Source: Dendrobates tinctorius
Taxonomy: Eukaryota
DNA: 64,000 nucleotides
Direction of reading: 5' to 3'
NCBI RefSeq assembly: GCF_039654945.1
Contig: NW_027361863.1
Location: forward strand, 17,298,001-17,362,000
In this document: in pieces, positions 11,401 through 22,500 of the stretch
Layout of the letters: every line of letters starts with the position of its first letter
How positions within the stretch are numbered: the first letter of the stretch is position 1
Translations under genes and position numbers: made by a program
Notes under the pieces: model-generated
Told to the model about the DNA's origin: nothing
The model's input: only the letters and a program-made list of their open reading frames with translations
The model's database searches: none

Positions 11401-13591
11401 AATACCATACCTCATAGCCCACTTTGATGCCCATTTTTGTGCTAGCCTTCTAATTTTTTTATCTGTTTTTAAGTGTATTCAAAAAAGGACACATGATTGC
11501 ATATTATTATATACTTAGAATGTTTTATTTTTATTGAAAAACCTGAAAAAAAACAAAACAAAACCCAAGTTTCGAAAATAATTTGTACTTTCTGTTTTTT
11601 TCTGTCACATTATTAAAAATTATTATAAAAAAAGCCATTAGGTCTTCATCCAGCATCATCAAGAAGATGAAAGTCTATAAATTTAGAAATAATAACAGCA
11701 GACATCTTTGAGTGTAGTGTGGTCTTTTCAGATGCATCCGGATTATCAACGACCAAAGGGGCGGCAAATTTTTCGACCGCCCCGGGCGCCACAAACAGTT
11801 GCTACGCCACTGGCTCTGCCCCTCTGTCTGTCATGTAGGGCTTACTGCATCACCATCTGGCCTAGTCCTGGGGGCGGTCCTAATTACATCACCAGTCCGG
11901 GAACCTGTGAAGGATGACCTGATCCCTCAAATACCTTGGGACTGGTCTTGCAAGTGGCCGGATATATTCTTGGTTCTGCTGCGTGCTACTGTGTGAATTG
12001 CTATAGTTAATGCTGCCCTCAGCCTGGATTTCTGACCATTCTATTGCCTGCCGTTTTTGTACCTCCACCTCTCTTCTGATTTTTTGACACTGACCTTCGC
12101 TTGGATTCCTGACCCTTCTGCTGCCTGCTGATTCAGTACCTTTGCTGCTCTCCTGGTTTTACTGACCTTGGCCCGGACTTTTGACTCTTCTTCTGCCTGC
12201 TGATTTTGCACCTCTGCTGCCCTCCGGCCTCCGACTCCTGCCTCCTGACCACGATTACGGGTTTTAGTTTTAACCCCTTGGCGGCAGTCCTGCTCTGGTC
12301 CACTGCTCCACCAGACAGCTACCCCCTGGGCCTTGCTACAATTCCAGATCCCTGTATAGGGTTTAAGGGTCTCGGGGTTACTCGGGGTGCTGTTCCTACT
12401 GCAGCCCAGATTCGCAGATGGCCATCAGTTACTTTGAGTATCATACAGACTTCTGACTGCTACGAATAATAAATACAATTAAATTATACTTCGTTATATT
12501 TTTCTGATATGGCAGTCTTTATATTAATTTTTGCATTTTCCAGACGAGAGGGAAATGCGATCCAGATAAAATGGGACAAGTTCAGGGAACCTCCGTCACT
12601 CCTATCATGGTGGAATCCATGGACAGAAGATCTATCGTACATCAACCTGATCCAACACCCTGGAAACCCAGAAGATAAAGACTTGAGAGCTATGTGTCAG
12701 GTAAGACATTCTCCCTCCTTCCATCCTTCATATCCTCTGAGTTGGATCATATGAGGAAGCAAAACAAAGAACAAGGATCCACAGAAGCACAGAGTATTTC
12801 AGGAGAGAATCGGGCCAGTGATCACCTGTACTCTTGAGTGGTTAGGTGAGTGAAGGCTGCCTGGGGAAAACGGATGATGTGAAGGTGAGAACGGAAACAA
12901 ATGGGATGTAAAGACTGAGATAATAGAGGGGGCAGGGTTGTACCGCAGCACAGAGTATTTCAGGAGAGAGTAGCAATTGTGCAATTATGTAATTAAAGAC
13001 GGGGGGGGGGGGGGGAATGTGAGGCGAGGAGATGAATGATCTGAAGGTAAGAATGGAAACAAACCGGAGGTTAAGATCAAGATCTACATAATGGCAGGAG
13101 CATGGCCTTAACAGCAGCACAGAGTGTTTAAAGAGATATTCTCAAAAGTTAAGACCTGTGATTACATTGGTGAAGAAAGGCAAAGGGAGATAATAGGGGG
13201 TCCCATTCATAATCCATGTCTCCCCCGCAGTAGATTATTTTTAGAATATATAGTGCTTATATATAAAAAAAAAAATAATAATAAATGAATTTCAGGAGCT
13301 GATCCGGTGTGACCAAAGAAGTTGGACAGGAAGGGGAGCGGAGAAAGAGGAGGCACAGAGGATCCATATTATCCGTTTCTTCTTCTCTTCTTTCAGCCGG
13401 AGAAATTCATGGAGCAGCTGGTGGAGATGGTGAAGCTGGCACACGAACGCAGCCCCCTCCCTGGTCATGCCAATGGCCTGATGGTCCTCCAGAGGCCTGT
13501 GACCATAGATACGTCCATCGGACTTGTCTCGTTGATTAACAAAAAGGTCCAGTTGGGCTACGCCAAGCCTCGATGGGGGTTTGGATTCTGA
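8292..13591 (+). CDS. TPRG1/TPRG1L (Mover)-family protein, 263 aa; join(8292-8462,8795-8886,9211-9387,12544-12700,13397-13591)
   Basis: Five GT-AG exons with compatible phases, 792 nt in total. The protein has YFIFRP..QQAV.EI, HWGTERE, LLICYYDF, LNKREG..IQIKWDK, WNPW, PLPGHANG and KVQLGYAKPRWGFGF, colinear with TPRG1L/TPRG1. Orthology is uncertain, so no symbol is given. Confidence 0.9.
8795..8886 (+). CDS. TPRG1-like exon 2
   Basis: cag|PTVVQQAVHEIQSHLSPEEDGNTRSTWILA|gtaag. Confidence 0.88.
9211..9387 (+). CDS. TPRG1-like exon 3
   Basis: cag|MSHWGTEREV..LLICYYDF..PKMALN|gtaagt. Confidence 0.9.
9466..10022. repeat. 57-bp tandem repeat, about 10 copies, each with a minus-strand CTCF-like motif
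   Basis: Unit CTTATCATGTATCTCTGTATACAGGGAGCTCCCCCTAGTGGTGGCTGCAGACAGGAT; the reverse complement contains CCACTAGGGGGAGC. Confidence 0.93.
10057..10310. repeat. GC-rich ~63-bp repeat, 4 copies, each with a plus-strand GGCCACT(A/G)GGAGG motif; start of a GC-rich, probably retroelement-derived segment (to ~10830)
   Basis: GGCCACTAGGAGG(G/C) at ~10098, 10161 and 10225, and GGCCACTGGGAGGCACC at ~10288. Confidence 0.75.
10905..11560. mobile_element. Palindromic non-autonomous DNA element (MITE/foldback)
   Basis: Long inverted arms (~10905-11170 versus ~11290-11560) containing AAGGGGTTAA/TTAACCCCTT. Confidence 0.8.
11829..12430. mobile_element. Possible degenerate solo LTR
   Basis: Starts TGTCA; has pyrimidine-rich internal repeats (TGACC..CTGCCTG) like frog Gypsy LTRs. 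Ends are not resolved. Confidence 0.35.
12544..12700 (+). CDS. TPRG1-like exon 4
   Basis: cag|REGNAIQIKWDK..WNPW..AMCQ|gtaag. Confidence 0.9.
13397..13591 (+). CDS. TPRG1-like exon 5 (terminal)
   Basis: cag|PEKFMEQLV..GYAKPRWGFGF*; AATAAA at 13594-13599. Confidence 0.9.
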   Translation, partial: PEKFMEQLVEMVKLAHERSPLPGHANGLMVLQRPVTIDTSIGLVSLINKKVQLGYAKPRWGFGF

Positions 13592-14180
13592 GCAATAAAC
13601 CTTCTATGAAGACGACCACTACTAGAGTAGTACGACCACGAGGGCAGATGTGGACACCGGACCGCCCGCATCGCCGCTCTGCTATTCCACTGTGACCTAT
13701 GAGCTTCCTATTAAAAGATGGAGTTTGTAATAAATAATATCCGCAGTGATACATTGTAGCATCCCAATGGCACAGACCACTCTGCAGGGGTTGAGGGGGG
13801 ATTAATATCTAAAGGGGTTTTGTTTATTAAAAAAGGAAAGGTTTCTCAGTTATCTTCCTACTTGGTGCATCAAAGCTTCACTTTTTTCATAATCACTGCT
13901 TGTTGTTAGTGAATGGTAACATCCACCTTTACATCCAGAGGGTGAGAACTACTCCTGACCGGGTCTCGAAAAGACACTGATCAGACTTTGCTACATAGAA
14001 ACTATCAGCCGGTTCTTAAAGGGGTTGTTTCATACAAAAAAAATAAAAAAAATAAAATATCTTTTAAGACATTTAATGTAGTAGGAGCGTCCGCTGTTCT
14101 GAATCCTCGTCTGCCAACTTGAGGAGAAACTAGATAAACGGAGTCGCTCGCTCTGGAGGACGCATCACATCCATGCATTA

Positions 14181-14486
14181 GGGTGTGTGCACACGCTGCG
14201 GATTCTGCTGCGGATCTGCAGTGGTTTTGGCCCTGCGGATCTGCAGCAGAATTAGCTGCGTTATACAGTACCATTATATCCTATGGAAAATGGAAACTGC
14301 AGTGCACACCGTGCGGAATTTTCCGCTCGGTTTTTGTTGCGGTTTCCAATCCGCAGAAAGAATTGACGTCATTCTTTTCTGCGGATTCCGCTGCGGTTTG
14401 TCATCTCCTCCATTGTGGAGATGAAAAACCGCAGGGCAAAACCGCAGGCTAATCCGCAGACCAATCCACAGCGTGTGAACATAGCC
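14181..14486. mobile_element. PIF/Harbinger-type MITE, TTA TSD
   Basis: TTA|GGGTGTGTGCACACGCTG ... CAGCGTGTGAACATAGCC|TTA, with internal CCGCA/TGCGG repeats. Confidence 0.85.
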
Positions 14487-14789
14487 TTACCCAGGCAGCA
14501 TGCTGGAAAACATGTCATTCTTCATTTCCCCACTGGTGGCACTGCGGCTAAAAGGAGCACTCGCTGCTATGTTCCATAATGATTACACCTGATCACCTAG
14601 ATGGGTTTAAGTCGGGGTCAGATAGCAATATGCAATGGCCGGATGGACACAGAGCAAACGCACAGCCTCATGAACAGTATACACGTGTCTGATCCCACCC
14701 GACAACATGTACAAAAAGTTAGATGCAAAAATAGAAAAAGTGATTGAACGTTTAAGTTTGAAGTTGTTTCATTGATTCTCTCCTCTTTT

Positions 14790-15990
14790 CTGCAGTTGTT
14801 ACATAGATTCTTCTTTGATTTTACAGTTTTTCTTTCCTTTTTGCAGTTGTTTATTCCCTCTTCTATGCAATTGTTACATTGTTTCTTTCCGCTTTCCTGC
14901 AGTTGTTACATTGTTTCCTCTTTCCTGCAGTTGTTACATTGTTTCCTCTTTCCTGCAGTTGTTACATTGCTTCTTTCCTCTTTCCTGCAGTTGCTACATT
15001 GTTTATTTCCTCTTTCCTGCTGTTGCTACATTGTCTCTTTCCTGCAGTTGTTGCATTGTTTCTTTCATCTTCTCTGCAGTTGTTACATTGTTTCTTTCAT
15101 TTCTTCCTTCAGTTGTTACATTGTTTCTTTCATCTCTCTGCAGTTGTTACATTGTTTCTTTCCTGCAGTTGTTAGTGTTTTTTTTTTCCTCTTTCCTGCA
15201 GTTGTTACATTGTTTCTTTCCTACAGTTGTTGCATTGTTTCTTTCCTCCTTTTTCTGCAGTTGTTACATTGTTTCTTTCCTGCAGTTGTTACATTGTTTC
15301 TTTCATCTCTCTCTCTCTGCAGTTGTTACATTGTTTCTTTCATTTCTTTCTTCAGTTGTTACATTGTTTCTTTCATCTCTCTGCAGTTGTTACATTGTTT
15401 CTTTCCTGCAGTTGTTAGTGTTTCTTTCCTCTTTCCTGCAGTTGTTACATTGTTTCTTTCCTCTCTCTCTCTCTGCAGTTGTTACATTGTTTCTTTCCTC
15501 TTTCCTGCAGTTGTTACATTGTTTCTTTCCTGCAGTTGTTACATTGTTTATTTCCTCTTTCCTGCAGTTGTTACATTGTTTCTTTCCTGCAGTTGTTAGT
15601 GTTTCTTTCCTCTTTCCTGCAGTTTTTACATTGTTTCTTTCCTGCAGTTGTTACATTGTTTCCTCCCTCTTTCCTGCAGTTGCTACATTGTTTCTTTCTT
15701 GCAGTTATTAGTGTTTCTTTCCTTTTTCCTGCAGTTACTACATTGTTTCCTCTTTTTTTCTGCAGTTGTTACATTGCTTCTTTCCTGCAGTTGTTACATT
15801 GTTTATTTCCTCTTTCCTGCAGTTGTTACATTGTTTCTTTCCTCTCTCTCTCTGCAGTTGTTACATTGTTTCTTTCCTCTCTCTCTCTCTCTCTCTCTGC
15901 AGTTGTTACATTGTTTCTTTCCTCTTTTTTCTGCAGTTGTTACATTGTTTCTTCCCTCTTTTCTGCAGTTGTTACATTGTTGCTTCCCTC
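14790..15990. repeat. ~25-35-bp variable tandem repeat (CTGCAGTTGTTACATTGTTTCTTTCCTCTTT) directly upstream of P3H3 exon 1
   Basis: Roughly 35-40 units by eye. Confidence 0.95.
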
Positions 15991-16145
15991 TGTGTCTTAG
16001 GTTCTGTGCCCCCCAGTCCTCCTCCACGTCGCTCCTCACCTGCCCCCTCTCCTCCTCCTCCTCTCCCCTCTCCTCCTCCTCCTCCGGTTGGGAATGTCAG
16101 CAGTGGCCGGGCCTCTCCTCCCTGCTTCCCCGGCTGCCCCCCAGC

Positions 16146-16511
16146 ATGCAGGCCCCTCTCCTGCTCCTCAGCCTGGGGCTGGTGCACGCTGTGACTCTGC
16201 AGCCCCCCGATGAGTTGCTCTGGGATGGGGTCTCTCTGTTTTCCAGGGGAGAGTGGTCGGAGGCCCGGGACAAGTTGCGGGGGGCGCTGCGGAGCCTGCG
16301 GGAGGTGCGGGGCGTGCGGCTGAGGTGCGGGGAGGAATGCGGGCTCCGAGGGGCCCAACTGGAGGAGGCGGTGATGGAGCGAGCGGACTGTCTGCTGAGC
16401 TGCGAGCGCCTGCAGCTGGGGGAGCCCTCCCTGTACCGCCTGACCCAGGACACGGAGAGGACCTTCCGCAAGGGGGCGCCCTACAACTACCTGCAAGTGG
16501 CCCACTACAGG
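16146..16511 (+). CDS. P3H3: P3H3 exon 1
   Basis: [26 protein letters not shown]|gtgag. Confidence 0.92.
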
Positions 16512-19500
16512 GTGAGACGGGGCGACTGATGGGGCAGGGTGGTCTGCATGGTGGAGATGCCATAGTCTGCAGGACATGCCATGACACTGGGGCAATAGTC
16601 TGCAGGACATGCCATGACACTGGGGCAATAGTCTGCAGGACATGCCATGACACTGGGGCAATAGTCTGCAGGAGGGTGCAGTGACACTGGGGCAATAGTC
16701 TGCAGGAGGGTGCCATGACACTGGGGCAATAGTCTGCAGGAGGGTGCCATGACACTGGGGCAATAGTCTGCAGGAGGGTGCCATGACACTGGGGCAATAG
16801 TCTGCAGGAGGGTGCCATGACACTGGGGCAATAGTCTGCAGGAGGGTGCCATGACACTGGGGCAATAGTCTGCAGGAGGGTGCCATGACACTGGGGCAAT
16901 AGTCTGCAGAGGGGGGCCATGACACTGGGGCAATAGTCTGCAGGAGGGTGCCGTGACACTGGGGCAATAGTCTGCAGGAGGGTGCAATGACACTGGGGCA
17001 ATAGTCTGCAGGAGGGTGCCATGACACTGGGGCAATAGTCTGCAGGAGGGTGCCATGACACTGGGGCAATAGTCTGCAGGAGGGTGCCATGACACTGGGG
17101 CAATAGTCTGCAGAGGGGGGCCGTGACACTGGGGCAATAGTCTGCAGGAGGGTGCCGTGACACTGGGGCAATAGTCTGCAGGAGGGTGCCGTGACACTGG
17201 GGCAATAGTCTGCAGGAGGGTGCCGTGACACTGGGGCAATAGTCTGCAGGAGGGTACCGTGACACTGGGGCAATAGTCTGCAGGAGGGTGCCGTGACACT
17301 GGGGCAATAGTCTGCAGAGGGGGGCCATGACACTGGGGCAATAGTCTGCAGGAGGGTGCCGTGACACTGGGGCAATAGTCTGCAGGAGGGTGCCATGACA
17401 CTGGGGCAATAGTCTGCAGGAGGGTGCCATGACACTGGGGCAATAGTCTGCAGGAGGGTGCAATGACACTGGGGCAATAGTCTGCAGGAGGGTGCCATGA
17501 CACTGGGGCAATAGTCTGCAGGAGGGTGCAATGACACTGGGGCAATAGTCTGCAGGAGGGTGCCATGACACTGGGGCAATAGTCTGCAGGAGGGTGCCGT
17601 GACACTGGGGCAATAGTCTGCAGGAGGGTGCCATGACACTGGGGCAATAGTCTGCAGGAGGGTGCCGTGACACTGGGGCAATAGTCTGCAGGAGGGTGCC
17701 GTGACACTGGGGCAATAGTCTGTAGGAGGGTGCCGTGACACTGGGGCAATAGTCTGCAGGAGGGTGCCGTGACACTGGGGCAATAGTCTGCAGGAGGGTG
17801 CCGTGACACTGGGGCAATAGTCTGCAGTCCAGGACTGGGTCCCATGTGTGGGCAGATTGCTTTGCATGCAGGCAGTGTGTAGCTGGCTGTCAGGGATGCA
17901 ATACTCTGCAGGGTAGGGAAAGGTAATCTACAGCTCTGGGTGTGATGATCTGCAGTTGGTCCCAATGATGCTGGCATCACACTGATGGAGACATGTGATA
18001 GTCTGCAGTCCAGGCTTGTACCCTGCAGCCAGAGCGTCTGGGGAAATGCAATGGTCTGCAGGGAATCATGGATACTTTACTGAGGGGGTCCTATCCACAA
18101 ATGCCGGATTTTGGGTACAGATGTGGCAGCTCTCGGGTTCTGGATGCCATCAGTGTATTATGTTTGGTACAATGCAATACTCTGCAGAAAGAAGATGAGA
18201 CTATGGAGGGGTGAGTGACACCTCAATGTCTCATTCTTTGCTGGTGGTGAGTTTTGGAAGCTGTCTAGGAAAATTATCCAAGGGGTTAACTACCCAGAAT
18301 GCATTGCTGCTATGTAGGGGCTTGCACACGTGGCTGTGTATATGGCGGAGGATGGGGGGAGGCGCCATCTGTTTATGGAGACAGAAAATAAAACAAAATG
18401 TAAAAAAGTAAAATCTACAAGAATCAGCCAAATAGGAAAAAAGCACCCACATAGGCTGGAGCGTCTCGGAGTAAATATCTGCTCGCTAGTCACTTCTATT
18501 CTCTTCTGTCCAGTAATTAAAACCTCATCCAACCATTTCATTTCGGGGAAAGCCGAGTATTATCACCATTCACCTGGATTTTGACTCCTGAACATTTTCA
18601 GGTTTGTGTTTGAGTCTGAGAGATCTGGGGGAATCCTGTATCCGACCTGGAAGGACCATTGTCATCCAACTTTCCCAGAAACAGATATTAAGTAACAAAT
18701 GGCTGCAATGAATTTATAGCTTGTTGACCGGTAGGAAGAACACATGAGCTCAAGTGTAAGTGGGTGGGGTAACATTGACTCTAGGTCCTGGTGGGATAAC
18801 ATTGGCTCTAGGTCCTGGTGGGATGTGGGATAACATTGGCTCTAGATCCTGGTGGGATAACATTGGCTCTAGGTCCTGGTGGGATGTGGGATAACATTGG
18901 CTCTAGATCCTGGTGGGATGTGGGATAACATTGGCTCTAGATCCTGGTGGGATAACTTTGGCTCTAGATCCTGGTGGGATAACATTGGCTCTAGATCCTG
19001 GTGGGATAACATTGGCTCTAGGTCCTGATGGGATGTGGGATAACATTGGCTCTAGATCCTGGTGGGATAACATTGGCTCTAGGTCCTGGTGGGATGTGGG
19101 TTAACATTGGCTCTAGATCCTGGTGGGATGTGGGATAACATTGGCTCTAGGTCCTGGTGGGATATCAGTGGATCTAGGTTATGGTGAGATGTGGGATAAT
19201 ATTGGCTCTAGGTCCTTGTGGGATAGCATTGGCTCTAGGTTCTGGTGGGATAACATTGGCTCTAGGTCCTGGTGCTATGTTGGGTAACGTTGTTTCTTGG
19301 TCCTGCAGGGATGTGGGGTAACAATGTGGGGTAACATTGGATTTAGGACCTGATGGGATGTAAAGTAACATTTGCTTAGGTCCCGGAGGGCTGGAGATAT
19401 CGTTAGCTCTAGACTCTAGTAGTATGGAGGTGTTATTGGTCTAGGTTCTGGTATGACGCATATATGACTCTAAAGTGTTGTGTGATGGAGGCATCATTGG

Positions 19501-22500
19501 CTCTAGGTCAAAGACAGACACAGACAAATGAAGGTCCCCGAGCAAGAACAGTATGAAGGTCCCCGAGCAAGAACAGCATATGGGCCATTTGCAGCCCAAT
19601 GTGTCTGTGACATAAGTTTCTTTGGAGGTGGAGGTGGCCTCTCGACATTTTAAGCCCTTGTGAGGATGCACAAGTTGCACCAATGGTGTGTCCACCCCTG
19701 ATCTAGATTCTGGTGGGATGGAGTAATCAGTAACTCTAGGTCATGGTGACATGGAGGTATCATTGGCTCTAGGTCCTGGAGGGATGAAGGCATCATTGGG
19801 TCTAGATTCTGGCTGGATGGAGGCATCATTGGCTCTAGATTCTGGCAGGATGGTGGAGCCATTGGCTCCTAGATTCTGGATGGATGGATGGAGACATCAT
19901 TGGCTCTAGATTCTGGCTGAATGGAGGAGTCATTGGCTCTAGATTCTGGATGGATGGAGGTGTTATTGGCTCTAGATTCTGCAAGGATGGAGGTGTCATT
20001 TTCTCTAGATTCTGGCTAACTGTATAGAGATGTCGTTGGCTGTAGATTCTGGCTGAATGGAGGTGTCATTGGCTCTAGATTCTGGATGGATGGAGGCGTC
20101 ATTGGCTCTGGTTTCTGGCTGGCTGGATGGAAGCATCGTTGGCGCTAGATTCTGGCTGGATGGAGCTGTCATTGGCTCTAGATTCTGGTTGGATGGAGGC
20201 ATCATTGTCTCTACTTTCTGGATGATGGAGCTGTCATTGACTGTTGATTATGGATGGATGGGAGGGGTCATTAGCTCTAGATTCTGGATGGATGGAGATG
20301 TCATTGGCTCTAGATTCTGGCTGCATGGAGCTGTCATTGGCTCTAGATTCTGGCTGGATGAATGGAGGCATCGTTGGCTCTAGATTCTGGATGCATGGAG
20401 GTGTCATTGGCTCTAGAATCTGGCAGGATGGAGGAGTCATTGGCCCTAGGCTCTGGCAGGATGGAGGCATCATTGGCCCTAGGCTCTGGCAGGATGGAGG
20501 CATCTTTGGCCCTAGGCTCTGGCAGGATGGAGGCGTCTTTGACCCTAGGCTCTGGCAGGATGGAGGCGTCTTTGGCCCTAGGCTCTGGCAGGATGGAGGC
20601 GTCTTTGGCCCTAGGCTCTGGCAGGATGGAGGCGTCTTTGGCCCTAGGCTCTGGCAGGATGGAGGCGTCTTTGGCCCTAGGCTCTGGCAGGATGGAGGCG
20701 TCTTTGGCCCTAGGCTCTGGCAGGATGGAGGCGTCTTTGGCCCTAGGCTCTGGCAGGATGGAGGCGTCTTTGGCCCTAGGCTCTGGCAAGATGGAGGCGT
20801 CTTTGGCCCTAGGCTCTGGCAGGATGGAGGCGTCTTTGGCCCTAGGCTCAGCAGGATGGGGGGCGTCTTTGACCCTAGGCTCTGGCAGGATGGAGGCGTC
20901 TTTGGCCCAAGACTCGGCAGGATGGGGGCGTCTTTGGCCCTAGGCTTTGGAGGAATGTGGAGTTTTAGTTTTGGTGGAGAAGACAACGGCTTTAGATTCT
21001 GATGGAGCTGAAGTCTAATTTCTGGTGGGATTGAGCTATGTCAGTTTTCCCCTCACTTTTCACAGCTGGAGGAGTTGGACGAAGCGGCTGCCGCTGCCTA
21101 CACTTTCTTTGTGAGGAACCCCCATCATGAACAGATCCAAGGTGATGTTACCCGGTACCGCACCATGAAAGGGGTTGAAGAACGAAGCTTCCGAGACCTG
21201 GAGGAGCCCCCGTACAAGGTAACAGCTGATACTACAAGTCACAGAGTTCCTCGTCCTCATTAGTATCCATTGCTCCTGTTTTTTCTTCTCCCGACTGACC
21301 ACCATAGTGTCCTCTTACCCCAGGCTCTCTTTGCCCAAGCGTTGCCTCTACTATCTCAGGAGCGTCCGACCACCGCTGTCCTGAGGCTGGAGGAGTCTCT
21401 GAGCTCCTGTCTGTCTACTCTTCATGATTGCCGGACCCTCTGTGAGGGATTACGAGAGCACGAGAATGAAACCCACCGAGACTTCCCCGAGGTCATTGCA
21501 GGTATCAGTAGATGTCTTCTCTGCCGGTCCGTGACCTTTAGTCTCCCTGTCTGTCTCTTTGTTCCTTTATATTGATGTTCACTCATGGGGTGACCCCAAA
21601 AATATGACTATAAACCGGTTTCCAAGGGTGATTTGCAGAATTTTGGAAGCTGCTTTGGTAAACGGGGGGGATCACTTTGCTCATTTGTGTGGCCGTTTTT
21701 TTTATTTTTGGGTGATCACCAATGTTTGTTCTCCCCCCCAGAATATTATTCTCGGGTCTTGCAGTGTAAGCAGCGATGCGCCCTAGAAGTGTCATTAACG
21801 CCGGGACAGAAGCGCTCCCCCCAGGACATCCTCGTATCTCATCTACAGCTGCTTCAGCGAGGATATTCCCAGCGTAAGTCGCCTTCTCTGGCTGTGCGCC
21901 ACCTTGTATTGTAAAAACTACAACTCCCAATATGTACTGATGGCTGCAGATCATCAAGGCATGCTGGGAATTGTAGTCTCAGACCCGTTCTCCCTCTTGT
22001 CCTTCTGTCTTTACAGTTGGGGCCTGGGAGTCGGCTGCGCAGATCGCACGGTCGCTACTACTTTTCCATCCACATAATGAGACCTTGGTGGAAACTCTCC
22101 GCGGATATGAGCAGAAACTGCAAAGTAAAAGTGAGATCAGAGCACGCGAGGTAATGACCGCGCTGTGAAAAAGTATGTGCCCCTTCCAGATGTCCCCAAC
22201 TGCGGCATGTTTGTCCCACGCATAGTATATTAATTGCATTATATGGCGAAAAGTGAGAACTGGTTGATTCAATGTGATCTCCACAAATCAATCTTGAAAA
22301 GAGGTGCTGCAGTATAAAGCATGGAGGAGGGGCAGATGATCAGCAGGAGCCTCTGATGAGACAGGGTGTGGATATCAGACTTTACCGGACAGTGCAGTAA
22401 GCTCGGGTCAAAGATCATCGCTGAGTTGGAACTGATCACCACAAGCTAGACTCGAAAAGCAAAGCTGCAGTATAAAGCATGGAGGAGGGACAGATCAGCA

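Noticed and set aside
13600-16100. Remnant of a p53-family gene between TPRG1-like and P3H3
   Set aside because: Only a MITE, unique sequence and the tandem array are visible; no recognisable coding remnant.
14772-16145. Hydrophobic Cys/Phe/Leu-rich ORFs, including an apparent N-terminal extension of P3H3
   Set aside because: Tandem-repeat artefacts; the signal peptide starts at ATG 16146.
15972-17980. 491-631-aa minus-strand ORFs
   Set aside because: Translations of the 34-bp minisatellite, which has no stop on that strand, plus antisense P3H3 exon 1. Not proteins.
20234-21002. Pro/Gly-rich repeat ORFs
   Set aside because: Artefacts of the 33-bp minisatellite.
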